Positions 11,515 through 23,345 of a stretch of DNA of 64,000 nucleotides are shown piece by piece. The position numbers and the translations under genes are program-made. This DNA comes from Callorhinchus milii (Eukaryota). Position 1 is the stretch's first letter. Each line of letters starts with the position of its first letter. The notes under the pieces are model-generated. The model searched no databases. It was not told where the DNA came from and saw nothing but the letters and a program-made list of their open reading frames with translations. The DNA lies in the NCBI RefSeq assembly GCF_018977255.1, contig NW_024704743.1:66156001-66220000 (forward strand), read 5' to 3'.

Positions 11515-11936
11515 TGTGGGTGAGCATGGCTCAGTTGGTGGCACTCACATCTGAGTCAAGATGTTTTAGGCTCAAGTCTCACGTTGGGATTTGGAACCCA
11601 GTCTATGCTGATGCTCTTGTGCAATGCTGATGGTGTGCTGCATTGTCAGAGGTACTGTCTTTCAATGAAACTGAGGTCCTGTCTACCTATCCAGGTGGAC
11701 ACTGCACTATTCAAAATGAGAAAGGAGTCCTGTCCAACAATACGCAGATAAAATTGGTCACTCACTGCTTGGCTGTTTGCGGAACATTGCTGTGCGTATA
11801 TTGGCTGATGTATTTGCCCATAAATTACACACAGTCACACCAATGTACAGTGTATCCCGTGAAGCGCTTTGACACATCTCGATGATGTGATGACACACTA
11901 TATCAAATACAAGGATTATTATTAATAATAATAATA
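11515..11936 (+). mobile_element. Older Deu SINE
   Basis: Head ggctcagttggtggcactc...ctgagtcaag, Deu core, tail ending (att/aat)n. Confidence 0.82.
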
Positions 11937-12154
11937 AAAAGCCACTATATAAGGAAATGGTGGCCAAACTTTATGGTCAGCCAACAAAATACATTTTCTT
12001 GATTGAATATTTCTGGATTTATGCCACTTCCGGCCTACGGTCCACAAGTTGGTCATCACTTATCTAAGCGAATGGAGAGTATCTGAGGAGAATATGCTCA
12101 GGTCCAAAATTCTTCAAAGAAAATTTATTTGCAAAGAATATCCTCTTCAAAAAT

Positions 12155-12855
12155 ACCTCCTCACCTCAGGCGCTGACAGCATCACCAACCATAGTTGCAC
12201 ACTCTACCTTGCTAAGTCAGTCCGGAACCTTGGAGTCTTGTTTGACCCTCAACTATCCTTTCTACCCCACATCTGCGCCATGACCCACTCTGCCTTCTCC
12301 CATCTCCGCAATGTTGCCCGGCTCTGCCACTGTCTCACACCGCAGGCCGCCGAAACCCTCTTTCATTACATTGAGGCTCGACTATGCAAACTCAGTCCTT
12401 GTCAGCCTCCCCAACTCCTCCCTCCACAGGCTGCAGGTCATCCAGAACTCTGCAGCCCATGTCCTCTCCCGCACGAGGCTCCACAACCCTATCATCCCCA
12501 TCCTTGCCCAACTCCACTGGCTTCCCATCACACAGAGGATACAGTTCAAGATCCTGGTCCTCACCTTCAAAGCCCTCTAAGGTCTTGCTACCCCCTTCCA
12601 TCCTGTTTGCTCCCTCTGCTCAGCGGGCTCCGGCCTGCTTCACATACCGCCTCGCTCACCCCACCATTGGCAGGCGGCCTTCCGCAACTCTGCCCCCACT
12701 CTCTGGAACTCCATCCTGCAGTCCCTCCACCTCGTTCCCTCCCTTGTCACTTTCAAGACCCATCTCAAGGCCCTCCTCTTCCACCGTGCTTTTGATCTCC
12801 CTGCTTCCCCCCTGCCCTCCACGCTCCTCCACCCCAACTCCCAGCTTGGATCCGT
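12155..12855 (+). mobile_element. L2 3' fragment
   Basis: ORF 12049..12795 segment KSVRNLGVLFDPQLSFLPHI, and 12311..12580 LDYANSVLVSLP...LHWLPITQRIQFKIL. Confidence 0.9.
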
Positions 12856-12879
12856 AACTCTGTTTTTCCGTCACACAGA

Positions 12880-13060
12880 CAGGTCAATATGTGGTTAGCA
12901 GGTTCCAGAGGTAGGGAGGAGCAAGCCTTTGAAAGTGAGGACAAGGATTTTGAACTCGAACCTCTGGGGGATGGGGAGCTAGTGGAGCTGGGCGATGGTG
13001 GGAGTGATGAATTAATGGGAGCCTGGTGCGGGAGAGGACACAAACTGTAGAGTTCTGAAT
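12880..13060 (-). mobile_element. Short L2 fragment in the opposite orientation
   Basis: Reverse complement of the L2 LHWLP..RVEFKILVLTFK region. Confidence 0.7.
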
Positions 13061-13859
13061 AATAAGGATATTAATAAGGAAATAGAATCTGAGTACTTTT
13101 AATTATTTGGCATCTGGACTATTCAGGTTAATTTTTTCACTTGCTCTACTCTGTCTGCTTAACAAAATCTTTAATTCATTCAGTTTCTCTATTGCACTGA
13201 AGTACTTATACTTCTGATAGATTGCTCTCTCAGATAGGAGGAGTACATGGAGCAGATGATAATGCCTTACACAAGCTGACATCCCAAGTATGTGCCCTTG
13301 AAAACAATCCTGTTGAAAGTTGGCAGGGGATTGGGAACATGGATACAGTAGTAGCGAAATGTGTACCATTATAGATCAACAGATTTATCATCAAACGAGA
13401 GCACTGCATGTCTCCAGCAAAATACCACTGAGTTACACAAGTTTCCTGCTTATATTAATGGCTCTAATGATGCTGTAAAGGTCTGCTACACTCACTCATT
13501 GGAAAATATACCAAATTAAGTCACACGGAGGTTTAAGTGACGAGGACTGAGAACAATAAATTCTAAAGCAACTTTAATTGTCTCAGTGATTTTTCTACAT
13601 TTCTGTGTATATAACACAGAAAAATAGACACATGCTCTATAACACAAAATTAATTCATCTAAATGTTTCATATTTATAATGAGGAGCATAGCATGAATTA
13701 GCTTAACTATTTTAATGGTCATATAATGTTATGCCTCTAAGTTAAGCCTACTGCTTTTTCAGTTATATGCTTCAATGAAGATATGTGTAGTTTTTGATGA
13801 ATTTGTTTTGGTGAGTCTGTGCTGCTTTCATCAAGCGAGAGCGCTGCAGATGGCTCAAA

Positions 13860-15775
13860 TCTAGCCTAAGAGTCCATCAGTAAGTCTGCCCCCCCCAAAG
13901 CGCCCTTGCCTCAGCTCAATCTGCCTTCTGCCTCCACGGTCATCCTGGAGGCCAAAGAGAACTCTTAGGTTCCTCTTCTCCACCTCCACTACCCACTGTC
14001 CCCTGTTTCTTCCATCCTTATCTTCAACTCCAAATGCGAGGAGGTGACAGACTTCCTCAGGTCCAAAATCAGTAGATTCACTCAGCTGCTTTCGCCTCTA
14101 CACTTGATTCTGTCACCACTTGTCCTCCCTCCCCATCTCACTACCAGCTTCCATTCACCTCTTCTTTCATACCCGCGATCACATTATCCCTCTTCGCCAT
14201 CTCCTACATGAAACCCATTGCTTGTTTCCTTGACCTCAGTTCCCACAACACTCCTGGACATCTAGAATCCCCTCCTCATTCCCCTGATAGCTGACATCAT
14301 CAACCTCTCCCTCTCCACTGCCCATCCTCTCCGCCCCCACCTTTCAAAACTGCTGTCATTATCTCCTTCTTTAAGAAACCCTCATTCAATCCCTCTATAA
14401 TAATAACATAATAATAATAATCCTTGCATTTGATGTCTCAAAGGCATTCGCAGAATAGACTGTAAAGTGAATTGACTGTATATTTGTGAGCAAAACGTGC
14501 CCACAAATACTCTTCAAAACTACCCTTTCTCTCCTAGGTGCTTGGCTCCAAACTTCACTCCTTCCTCTCCTACCTCTCCCTCTTTGAGCTACTCCAATCC
14601 AGTTTCCATGCTGCCCAGAGTAACAAGACTGCCCTGGTTAGTCACCAATAACATTCTCTCCATCTATGACCATGATTACCTCCTTGTACTCCTTGATCTC
14701 CCCATTGCCTTTGACTCTGTTGATCATGCCATTCTTCACCCTGTCTCCTACCACAGTAATATGCTTTCCTGGTTTTCCTCTTACATATCCGAACATGTTC
14801 ACTTCATCTCCTCCAATGGCTTCTTCTCCTGCCTCTGCTCAAGTCACTTGTGGCTTTTTTCAGGACTCTATCCTTGGTTCTTTTTTTCACTATCTATATG
14901 CTCTCATTGGTGATCTCATCAGTAGTCTAAGGTCCATTTCCATACATAATAATAATAATCCTTGCATTTGATATAATGCCTTCACATCTTTGAGACATCT
15001 CAAAACGCTTCACAGAATATACTGTAAAGTGAATTGACTGTATATTTTGTATGTGGAAGACATCCAAGCTATCTCTCTGCCTCCACCCTTGATTCTGGGA
15101 CCAGATTGTCTGTCAGGCATTAATCCTGGATGAATTCCAGCTTTCTATATCTAAAGTCAACTAGATTGAGGGTCTCCTGCCAAGATCCTTGACTGAGGTT
15201 GTTGAGACCCTTATCATGTTCAGGATCAATTATTCCAAGTCCCTACTTGCTGGAAATCCCTAACTCCTCTCTATACAAGGTGCAGATTATCCAGAACTCT
15301 GCAGCCCATTCCTTTCCCATACCAGTATTCAGCAGCCTATCACCCCCATATTTGCTCAGCTCCACTGCTTCCTCTTCCTCATTCGATCAAATTCATGATG
15401 CTTGTTCTCACTTTAAAATATCTCTATCACGTCACCTCACCCTACCATTGTGACCTTCTGCAACTCCATTGTTCTGGCCGTTACCTTTGCCGAGCAAACA
15501 CCAGCCTGTTTTATGCTACCAACCTGAACTGCCTCATTTGCGACGGGTTTCAGCCATTCTGGCCCTGTTTTCTAGAACTCTATCCCAAAGTCTCTTCATC
15601 TACCCTTCCCCACCTTTTCAATTGCGCTTCCCCCAGCCATCCCTGCCAGCTATTCTGCTATACCCCTTCCACCCCCTCCCCCACACACACTGGGCTCCCA
15701 GTCATCGGTGTCAAGCATTTTGAGATGTTCTCCCAATTTGAAAGGCACTGTACAAAATGCTAATTGATGTTATAA
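13860..15775 (+). mobile_element. Old, heavily decayed L2 ORF2/3' UTR with short SINE tails inserted (about 14400-14500 and 14946-15048)
   Basis: Remnant peptides LLVLLDLPIAFDSVDHAIL, LSWFSSYIS and SSLYKVQIIQNSAAH. L2-like tail near 15715-15770. Confidence 0.78.
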
Positions 15776-17347
15776 TAATATAATAATAATCTGTGCATTT
15801 AATGCTAGCTTGATCATGTCATCAAGATGTCTCAAAGTGCTTCACAGAATATACTGTTAACTGAATTGACTCCATTTTGTATTTTGTGGGCAATATGTGA
15901 CAACAGCGTCCCACAAAAGTTGTGGATTGAGTAACCAAATTATTATCATTTAATTCTTTTTGGAAAGGGGAAAAGATTGACGGACATGCCAACAATCAAC
16001 ACTCCCTGATAAGAGGACAGAGTTAAACAAACAAGATTGAGGAAGAGTAGGCATAAGAGGCAGAGGAAGAAAAATTAGGGCATAAGTGACTGGGGATAAT
16101 AATGGGCAAAGCAATGTGCTCAAATTGAGCTGTACTGTACCTGTTGTAGCATTGGTTGACCCTGGCATTCGGTTGCCAAAATAAGCAAGTTAAGGGTTGC
16201 ACTTCCCTGGACCAACATTTTTCACTTCGATGAACAAAAAATGTGAAGAATTGAAATTCTTTAACCATTAAGTACATGTGATATACATTGCATAAATACA
16301 GTACATAAGTAGAATGCTTTCTTATAAGTAGCTTCTGAAAATCAGTGGCTGTCATTCAAACGGACTCGTGTGCATTGCGTAATTAAATTGGAAAAATGCT
16401 TTTTGAAATCAATACAGTAAAAATGAATGAAACTTGTACCCATCAATCAGTATACTGTAAAATAAAGCAGTATTAAAGCAGAGTTTGTACTTTATATTAT
16501 GAATTGGTTCATTTGTTTTTCTCTGTTGGATAGCTTACCTCTGCTGGTATTTACACAAGTATTTGATTTGATTCCAGCATGAAGATTACAATGTGTTTAT
16601 GACACTTACTCCTGACAAGTCATGTCCATGTGCACAATGGAACATCTGTGATAATTCTATACATAGAGGAGCTGGAAATCTATGAACCCATTTCAGTTCT
16701 CAGCTGTAGCCACAATCTTGGCATGAGCACTGAGAACCTTGAGTGGAAACTGGCTGAAGAAACTGAAACCTCTAATAGGAAGAGTCAAGCTTTTTGTATT
16801 CATTACAAAAAAAGTGATTCAAAGGAATATTAAAAGTAGCATGTGGTTCACATTTAGTCCAAAAAGAGGAAAGAGTATAATAATAATCCTTGTATTTGAT
16901 ATAGCACCTTATCATGTTGGGAGGATGTCTCAAAGTGCTTCACAGAATATACTGTAAAGCGAATTGACTGTATAATTTGTATGTGGAAGACATCCAATCT
17001 ATCTCTCTGCCTCCACCCTTGATTCTGGGGCCAGATTGCTTGTCAGGCATTAATCCTGGATGAGTTCCAGCTTTCTACAGCTAAAGTCAACTAGATTGAG
17101 CATCTCCTGCCAAGATGCTTGACTGAGGTTGTTGAGACCCTAATTTATGCCTTAATCGTGTTAATGTTCAATTATTGTGTAGTGTAGTTACTAAGTATTT
17201 TGTAGGCAAAAGCAGCAGCTAATTTCCTCAAAGCAATGCTGTTTTATTTTGGGGGATTGTTGGCCAGGAGAAACTTCCTTCCTTTCAAATAGAGCCATGG
17301 GATCTTTAGATCTTTAACATCCACTTGACCAGGCCTACAGGACCTAG

Positions 17348-17700
17348 GTGGAGTCCTGTAGCTCAGTCGTGGAGTCCTGTAGGTCAGTGGTTAGAGCACT
17401 CGCTTTGCAAGCGAGAGACCTGAGTTCAATTCCAGGCAGGGCGAAACCTTGGGCAAGTTTCCTTACTCCACATGCCGAATAATAATCCCTCCAAAAAAAC
17501 AAAACAATAATAAAAATTGGTCATTTTCAATCCATGACTGTTTGTGGGACATTGCTGTGCGCAATTGGCTGCCGCGTTCGCCCACAAATATACAGTCAAT
17601 TCACTTTACAGTGTGTTCTGTGAAGCGCTTTGGGACGTCCTCCCAACGTGAAAAGCGCTATATCAAATGCAAGGATTATTATTATTATTATTATTATTAT
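17348..17700 (+). mobile_element. Young Deu SINE with a duplicated 5' head, inserted into an older minus-strand Deu SINE (about 17175-17785)
   Basis: Matches 560-880. TSD taggt at 17345-17349 and 17700-17704. Confidence 0.92.
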
Positions 17701-17786
17701 AGGTTTACCATCTCATCTGAAGGACAACACCTACAACAATGTAGCACATTCACATCACTGCATTTGCCTGTAGAGTATTGGTGAGA

Positions 17787-20117
17787 CAAGAACAACAACA
17801 ACATTACATTTGTATAGCACCTTATGCAAGGAGGATGTCCCAAGGTGCTGGACAATCACTGTTTCGGACCTGAGCTGTGGTCGGGATCAGGTAGGCTGGA
17901 GAGCAGGAGGGGAAGGCGGGTGATCAAAGGCACGGTCAAAGAGGAGGGTCTTCAGACGGGTCTTGAAGGAGGCAAAGGAGGGGGCAAGGCTGAGGGACTG
18001 CAGGTTGGAGTTCCAGAGGGTGGGGGAAGCGTCATTGAAGGCCCGCCCACCAATGGTGGGGTAGGTGAGGCGGGGGACATGAAGGAGGCTGGAGCCTGCT
18101 GAGTGGAGGGAGGTGGTAGGTTGGTAGGGGGTTTGGAGGTCGCAGAGGTAGGTGGGAGCAAATCCATGGAGGACTTTGAAGGTGACAACCAGGATCTTGA
18201 ACTGTATCCTCTGTGTGATGGGAAGCCAGTTAAGTCGGGCGAGGATGGGGGGTGATAGAGTTATGGAGCCTGGTGCGGGAGTGGACATGTGCTGCAGAGT
18301 TCTGGATGATCTGCAGCCTATGGAAGGAGGAGTTGGGGAGCCAACAAGCAAGGAGTTTTCATAGTTAAGTTTGGATGTTATGAATGCATGTATGAGGTTT
18401 TCGGCGGCCTGCAGTGTGAGACAGAGGCAGAGCTGGGCGATGTTACGGAGGTGGAGGAAGGCAAAGCGGGACATGGCATGAATGTGGGGTACAAAGGACA
18501 GCTGAGGGTCAAACAAGACCCCAAGGTTCCGGACTGACTTAGTAAGGTGTAGTGTGCATCCTTGGATGGTGATGCTGTCAGTACCTGAGGTGTGGCGGCG
18601 CTGACTCGAGCCAATCAGGAGAGCCTCAGTCTTGTTGACATTCAACTGTAGAAAGTTAGCTATCATCCAGGACTTGATGTCTGACAGGCATTCTGTCCTG
18701 GAGTCAAGGGTCAAGGCAGAAGCTGACCCCATGTCTGCAGATGATTTCATCAAGAGGGACCATATAGGTATTGAAGAGGAGGGGACCAAAGGCAGAACCC
18801 TGAGATACTCCGCACGAGAAACCGTTTGTGGAGATGAAGTGGAGAGGTAAGATCTTAACCATTCATGGACAGAACCATGAAGGTTGAGGTGAGAGGAACA
18901 GCGGTGGAGGAGAATAGAGTGGTCAGTGGTATCGAAGCCTGCAGAGAGGTCAAGGAGGATGAGGAGGTAGAGGGAGCCCTGGTCGCAGATGGACAAAATG
19001 TAATTTGTCACTTTGACCAGGGCAGTTCCTGTGCTGTGGGCAGAACCGAAACCTGATTGGAAGGTTTCATGAAGGGAATGGTGGGATAGGAAGGAGCGAA
19101 GCTGAGTAGTAACGACTTGATCCAGGACCTTGGAAAGGAAAGGGAGATTGGAAATGGAGCGGTAGTTTGAGTGCAGAGATTGGTCCAAGAAGGGTTTTGT
19201 AAGGGTAGATGTGATGACAGCCATTTTATAGTGGGAACGGTGCCAGTGGACAGGGAGTGGTTTATGATGTCTGTGAGTAGGGTGGCAAGGAAGTGGAGCT
19301 GGGAGGTAAGGAGACGGGTATGGATGGCGTTGAGGGAGCAAATGATCGGTTTCATGTGTGTTATGGTGATGATGAGAAAGAAGCAGGAGACAGGTATGAA
19401 GGTGTGGAGGGAGGGGTGGGTAAGGGCCAGCATGTGAGGGGGAGATCATAATAATAATAATCCTTGCATTTGATATAGCGCTTTTCACATCTTCTAGACG
19501 TCTCAAAGCGCTTCACAGAATATACTGTAAAGTGAATTGACTGTATATTTTGTGGGCAAAACGCGGCAGCCAATTGCGCACAGCAGAGTTCCACAAACAG
19601 TCATGGATTGAGTGACCAAATTACTATTGTTTTTTTTACTTAAGGGATTATTATCAGTAAAAAAACGTGCCCAATGTTTCGTCCCGCTGGGAATCAAACC
19701 CAGGTCTCTCACTTGCGAGGCGAGTGCTCTAACCACTGAGCTACAGGACTCCTTAGTCCTTAGGGAGATGGGGAGGGGTTAGTATTCGGAAGGACACAGG
19801 CAGCTGAGTGGATCCCCTTGACTTTGGTTTCAAAGAAATCCAACATCTTCTCGCAGTTGGTGTTGGAGAAGAGGATGGGCGAGGCATAAGAAGGTAGGCA
19901 GAGGAGCCGGTTGGTGATGAAGAAGAGGAGCCTGGGGTTGTCCTTGGCCTCCAAGATTGTCTTGGAGTAGAAGGACAATTTAGCAGAGGCGAAGAGAGCA
20001 GTAAGATTTGATAAAGTCCAGCCAGATCTGCCAATGGACCGTTAAATTGGATTTGAGCCAGGTGTGTTCAACAGCGTCCACCTAAGCCTTAAGGGAGCGG
20101 AGGTGGTTGGTGTACCA
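17787..20117 (-). pseudogene. Longest L2 copy (about 2 kb net): RT domain and C-terminus, inactive
   Basis: ORF 17887..19506 contains NYRSISNLPFLSKVL, FQSGF, LLDLSAGFDTTDH and NFLQLNVNKTE. The YADD motif is deleted at about 18720. Interrupted by a SINE at 19447-19752. Confidence 0.92.
19447..19752 (-). mobile_element. Deu SINE inserted in L2
   Basis: Complete head-to-tail match. Candidate TSD gggagat at 19440-19446 and 19763-19769, with about 10 bp of filler (ttagtcctta). Confidence 0.9.
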
Positions 20118-20455
20118 AAGCTCTCGCCTTGCAAGCGTTCGATTCCCAGGCAGGGTGAAACCTTAGGCAAGTTTCCTTACTCCACACGCCTCTGTTTACC
20201 AAGCAGTAAGCAAGAACCCAGTTGTTAGTCGATTGGCGGGTCGCTTTCCAGAGGTAATAATACCTTTGTAAAAAAATGTGGTCACTCAGTCCACGATTGT
20301 TTGTTGGACACTGCTGTGCACAATTGGTTGCCACGTTTCATCCACAAAATATACAGTCAATTCACTTCACAGTATATTCTATGAAGCATTTTGAGATGTC
20401 TCATCGACGTGATATGGTCCTAGATCAAATGCAAGTATTATTATTATTATTATTT
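20118..20455 (+). mobile_element. Deu SINE, long subfamily, 5'-clipped
   Basis: ctcgccttgcaagcg..ttcgattcc head remnant, ctgtttaccaagcagtaagcaagaacccagttgttagtcgattggcg segment, Deu core, (att)n. Confidence 0.85.
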
Positions 20456-22561
20456 GGAATGTCAGTCTAGACTTGTGAGCTCAAAGTCCCGATATAAGGT
20501 TGGAACCCACGCACTGACTCAGATACAAGAGTGTTACCAATTGAGCCAGGTTGACATGGCCAGGGTGACATGACTTTCACTGGCCTTCTCAGTTATGTAA
20601 ATCCTAACTATAGAAATAAAGGTGTCCAGGTGACCCATTGAGATTAAAGTTGTGCTTGCGCTTCTACTGGAGCTAACTGCTTAATCCCAATGCCCTGCTC
20701 TTCTAGCCTGTTACATTTTTCTTCTTCTTCAAATGTTTATCTCATTCCCATTTAAATGTTGTTATAGTCCTAGTCTCAATAGCAACTTGTGACAAAATAT
20801 TTTGATAACCTCTGCCTGAAAATTAAGTTGACCAAACTGGTTTGTGACAAAAGAGTGATTTGTATGAAAATCATTCTGAGAGAATTTGTACGTCAATCTG
20901 TGTAACAGTGGAACTCTGTTAAAGTCTATATTTACCAGCATTGAAGAGATTTGAATGAAAACTGAGAAAATAAATGCCAAAGGTTTAAAACATTTACACA
21001 ACATTTCTTCTTTCTGTATTCTCATTATGTTGAAATTGAACCAAATTGTACTGCCTGCTGCTATCTACATGTTTTTAAAATCCAAACCTGGAATTCACTA
21101 ACCACTGCTTCTCTCCTATTCTTTTCGATGTTAATACTTCTAGTTCTGTGCTAAAGTTTTGCCGCTTCATTTTTGTTTTGTTCATTTAAAATAATATGAG
21201 CTGAGATATTGTGCTGAAACTACTCAAATGTTGGTTTTCCTAGGATATAGAGGAGCTTCAATCTTAATCCTCTGAAAAACAGTTGTACTTAGGAAATAGT
21301 TGTCATTTTGATGGGAGAGAGGCCAAATTCAATTTTTAAAGAAGACCTTGAATCTTTGGGGTGAATTTGAGAGTTTCCTATTAGCAAAATGAAACTCTTG
21401 TTAAACTAAACCCTTCTCGAGACAGGGCTAATAAGTCCAAGAAGTTCAAAGAAGTCACTTTCAAACCTAGTTACTGCTTTCTGAAAGTAGAAAACAGTTG
21501 TTTTGGATTGAAGGAGAGGTGAGAGGGGTTAACCATGATTGCTTATACATGACAAACATCTGTCTCAAGCTGTTAAACAAGGTTGTCGTTTGTCAAAACC
21601 TCCCTATATTGCTGTCAGGACACAGAACTATTTGGTATCTCACTGATCTGTAGTGAGGTACTTTCTTTCCAGTAAAAATCTGGTCTCCTTTAGAACAGGC
21701 ACAAAATAAGTTGAACCATTTATTTTTATTTGAATTGGGCGTGAATATAATGATTCATCAGAGCTACTCAAATCTCTGTTTAAGGTGTCCCTCCCCATTC
21801 TTTGGCAAGAAAAAAACATATTTTGATATGTTTTCAGAGAAGCACAAAGTTAATTTAAGTAGTGTAAATTTTAAAACAATAACTTTGAGCAATTTCTTAA
21901 TTTAGATATGACACTTCTTGCATGACATTAAATGTTCTCAGTTTAAGGAGACCTCTTCTGTATTGCTGTGTTTATACTGTAAGCTTGGCAATGAATTAAT
22001 GTAATTTTGGCAGTGTTATGCATGGGTGGTTTCTGGAGCACAGTGACTCGCACCAACACAATGTGCAAAGGGTGTGAATTGTATTGTGTTCACTACTCCA
22101 TTGGGCATTCAAATCTCTTAGGTTGCCAACAGGATATTTTGTAATGTTAGTTAATTGGGAGTTAATTGCATGGCCCATCCTTAAAGAACCTTAAAAAAAA
22201 TGAATTTGATCATCTGCACTTGCACCAACCCAGAAATCTTGGTTTATTTTGTTTCCAATTTAAAGTAATGTGTCCCAGTAAGTATAAATGATATAAATCG
22301 GGCAACCCGCTCCACTTTGCTATGCAACACAAATTTACATTCATATAGCACCTTTCATGTTAGGAGGATGACCCAAAGCACTTGATACTGCTGGCTAGGC
22401 ACCCGAGAAGGGTAGGGAAGGTCAATACTGTTCATCTTGAACAGCACGGTATGGTATGATATATGGTATAAACACTGCATAAAAATAGTACGTGTAGTGA
22501 TAGGGAGAGTTTTAAAATTCATAAATCTTGGTAAGATAAGAAAGAAAACACAATAATACTT

Positions 22562-22707
22562 ATCATAGATCATAGAATTATACAGTACAGAAGGAGGCCA
22601 TTTGGCCTATCATGTCTGTGCCGGCGCTTTTAAAAGATCTATCCAAATCAATCCCACTCCCCCGCTCTCTCCCCACAGCCCTGCAAACTTGTCCTCCCCA
22701 AATAAAT
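22562..22707 (-). mobile_element. CR1 LINE 3' tail, severely 5'-truncated
   Basis: atcatagatcatagaattatacagtacagaaggaggccatttggcc is the reverse complement of a CR1 3' UTR. Confidence 0.8.
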
Positions 22708-22974
22708 AATTATTATATTATTGATGTTTTTATTTAAACATCAAAGATTGACCTGGTCCCATCTATGACACAACCAGGTCAATAAATATTATGATATTTA
22801 TTTTAGTGGTTTGATATTTATATTACAGTAACAAAGCTATCCTGATGTTTGAGTAACTTTATTGCTGCAACTAATAAATCACGAGATGGATGATTTGGGC
22901 AAAGGCTCTCCTTGGGAACAAAGGTCTGTAATAGTGAGTTGTTAGCAATGAGCGAAATGTATTTGCCTATGAAA

Positions 22975-23345
22975 GAATCTCTATCTCCTGTTTGCCTCCT
23001 TGCATCTCTGACTTTCTCTTGCTCCCTTCATGTCTCTGTCCCTCCTCTATTCCTATCTCATCTATCTATAGATGTGTTCCATGTGTCTCTCGCTCTACAT
23101 TTGTTTTCATCATTCTGTCCGTCTTACTCTCTCTCACTCTCTCATCAGTCTTTCTCTATGTTTTTCCCATTCCCTGTCTCTTGTAAATTGTCTTACACTC
23201 TTTTCCAGCCTCACTCTTCCTTCTTTCACTCACACTATCTGTCTATTCATTATACCTTCCTTCTGTACGAGACTCTTCTTTCTTTTATCTCTCTCTTACC
23301 TCCCACTCTCTCTTTCTCTTTCTCCTTTCCTCTCACTTACTCACA
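22975..23345. repeat. Degenerate (TC)n pyrimidine-rich low-complexity tract
   Basis: Strongly C/T-biased tctctc-type sequence; it accounts for the spurious ORFs in 22912..23380. Confidence 0.8.
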
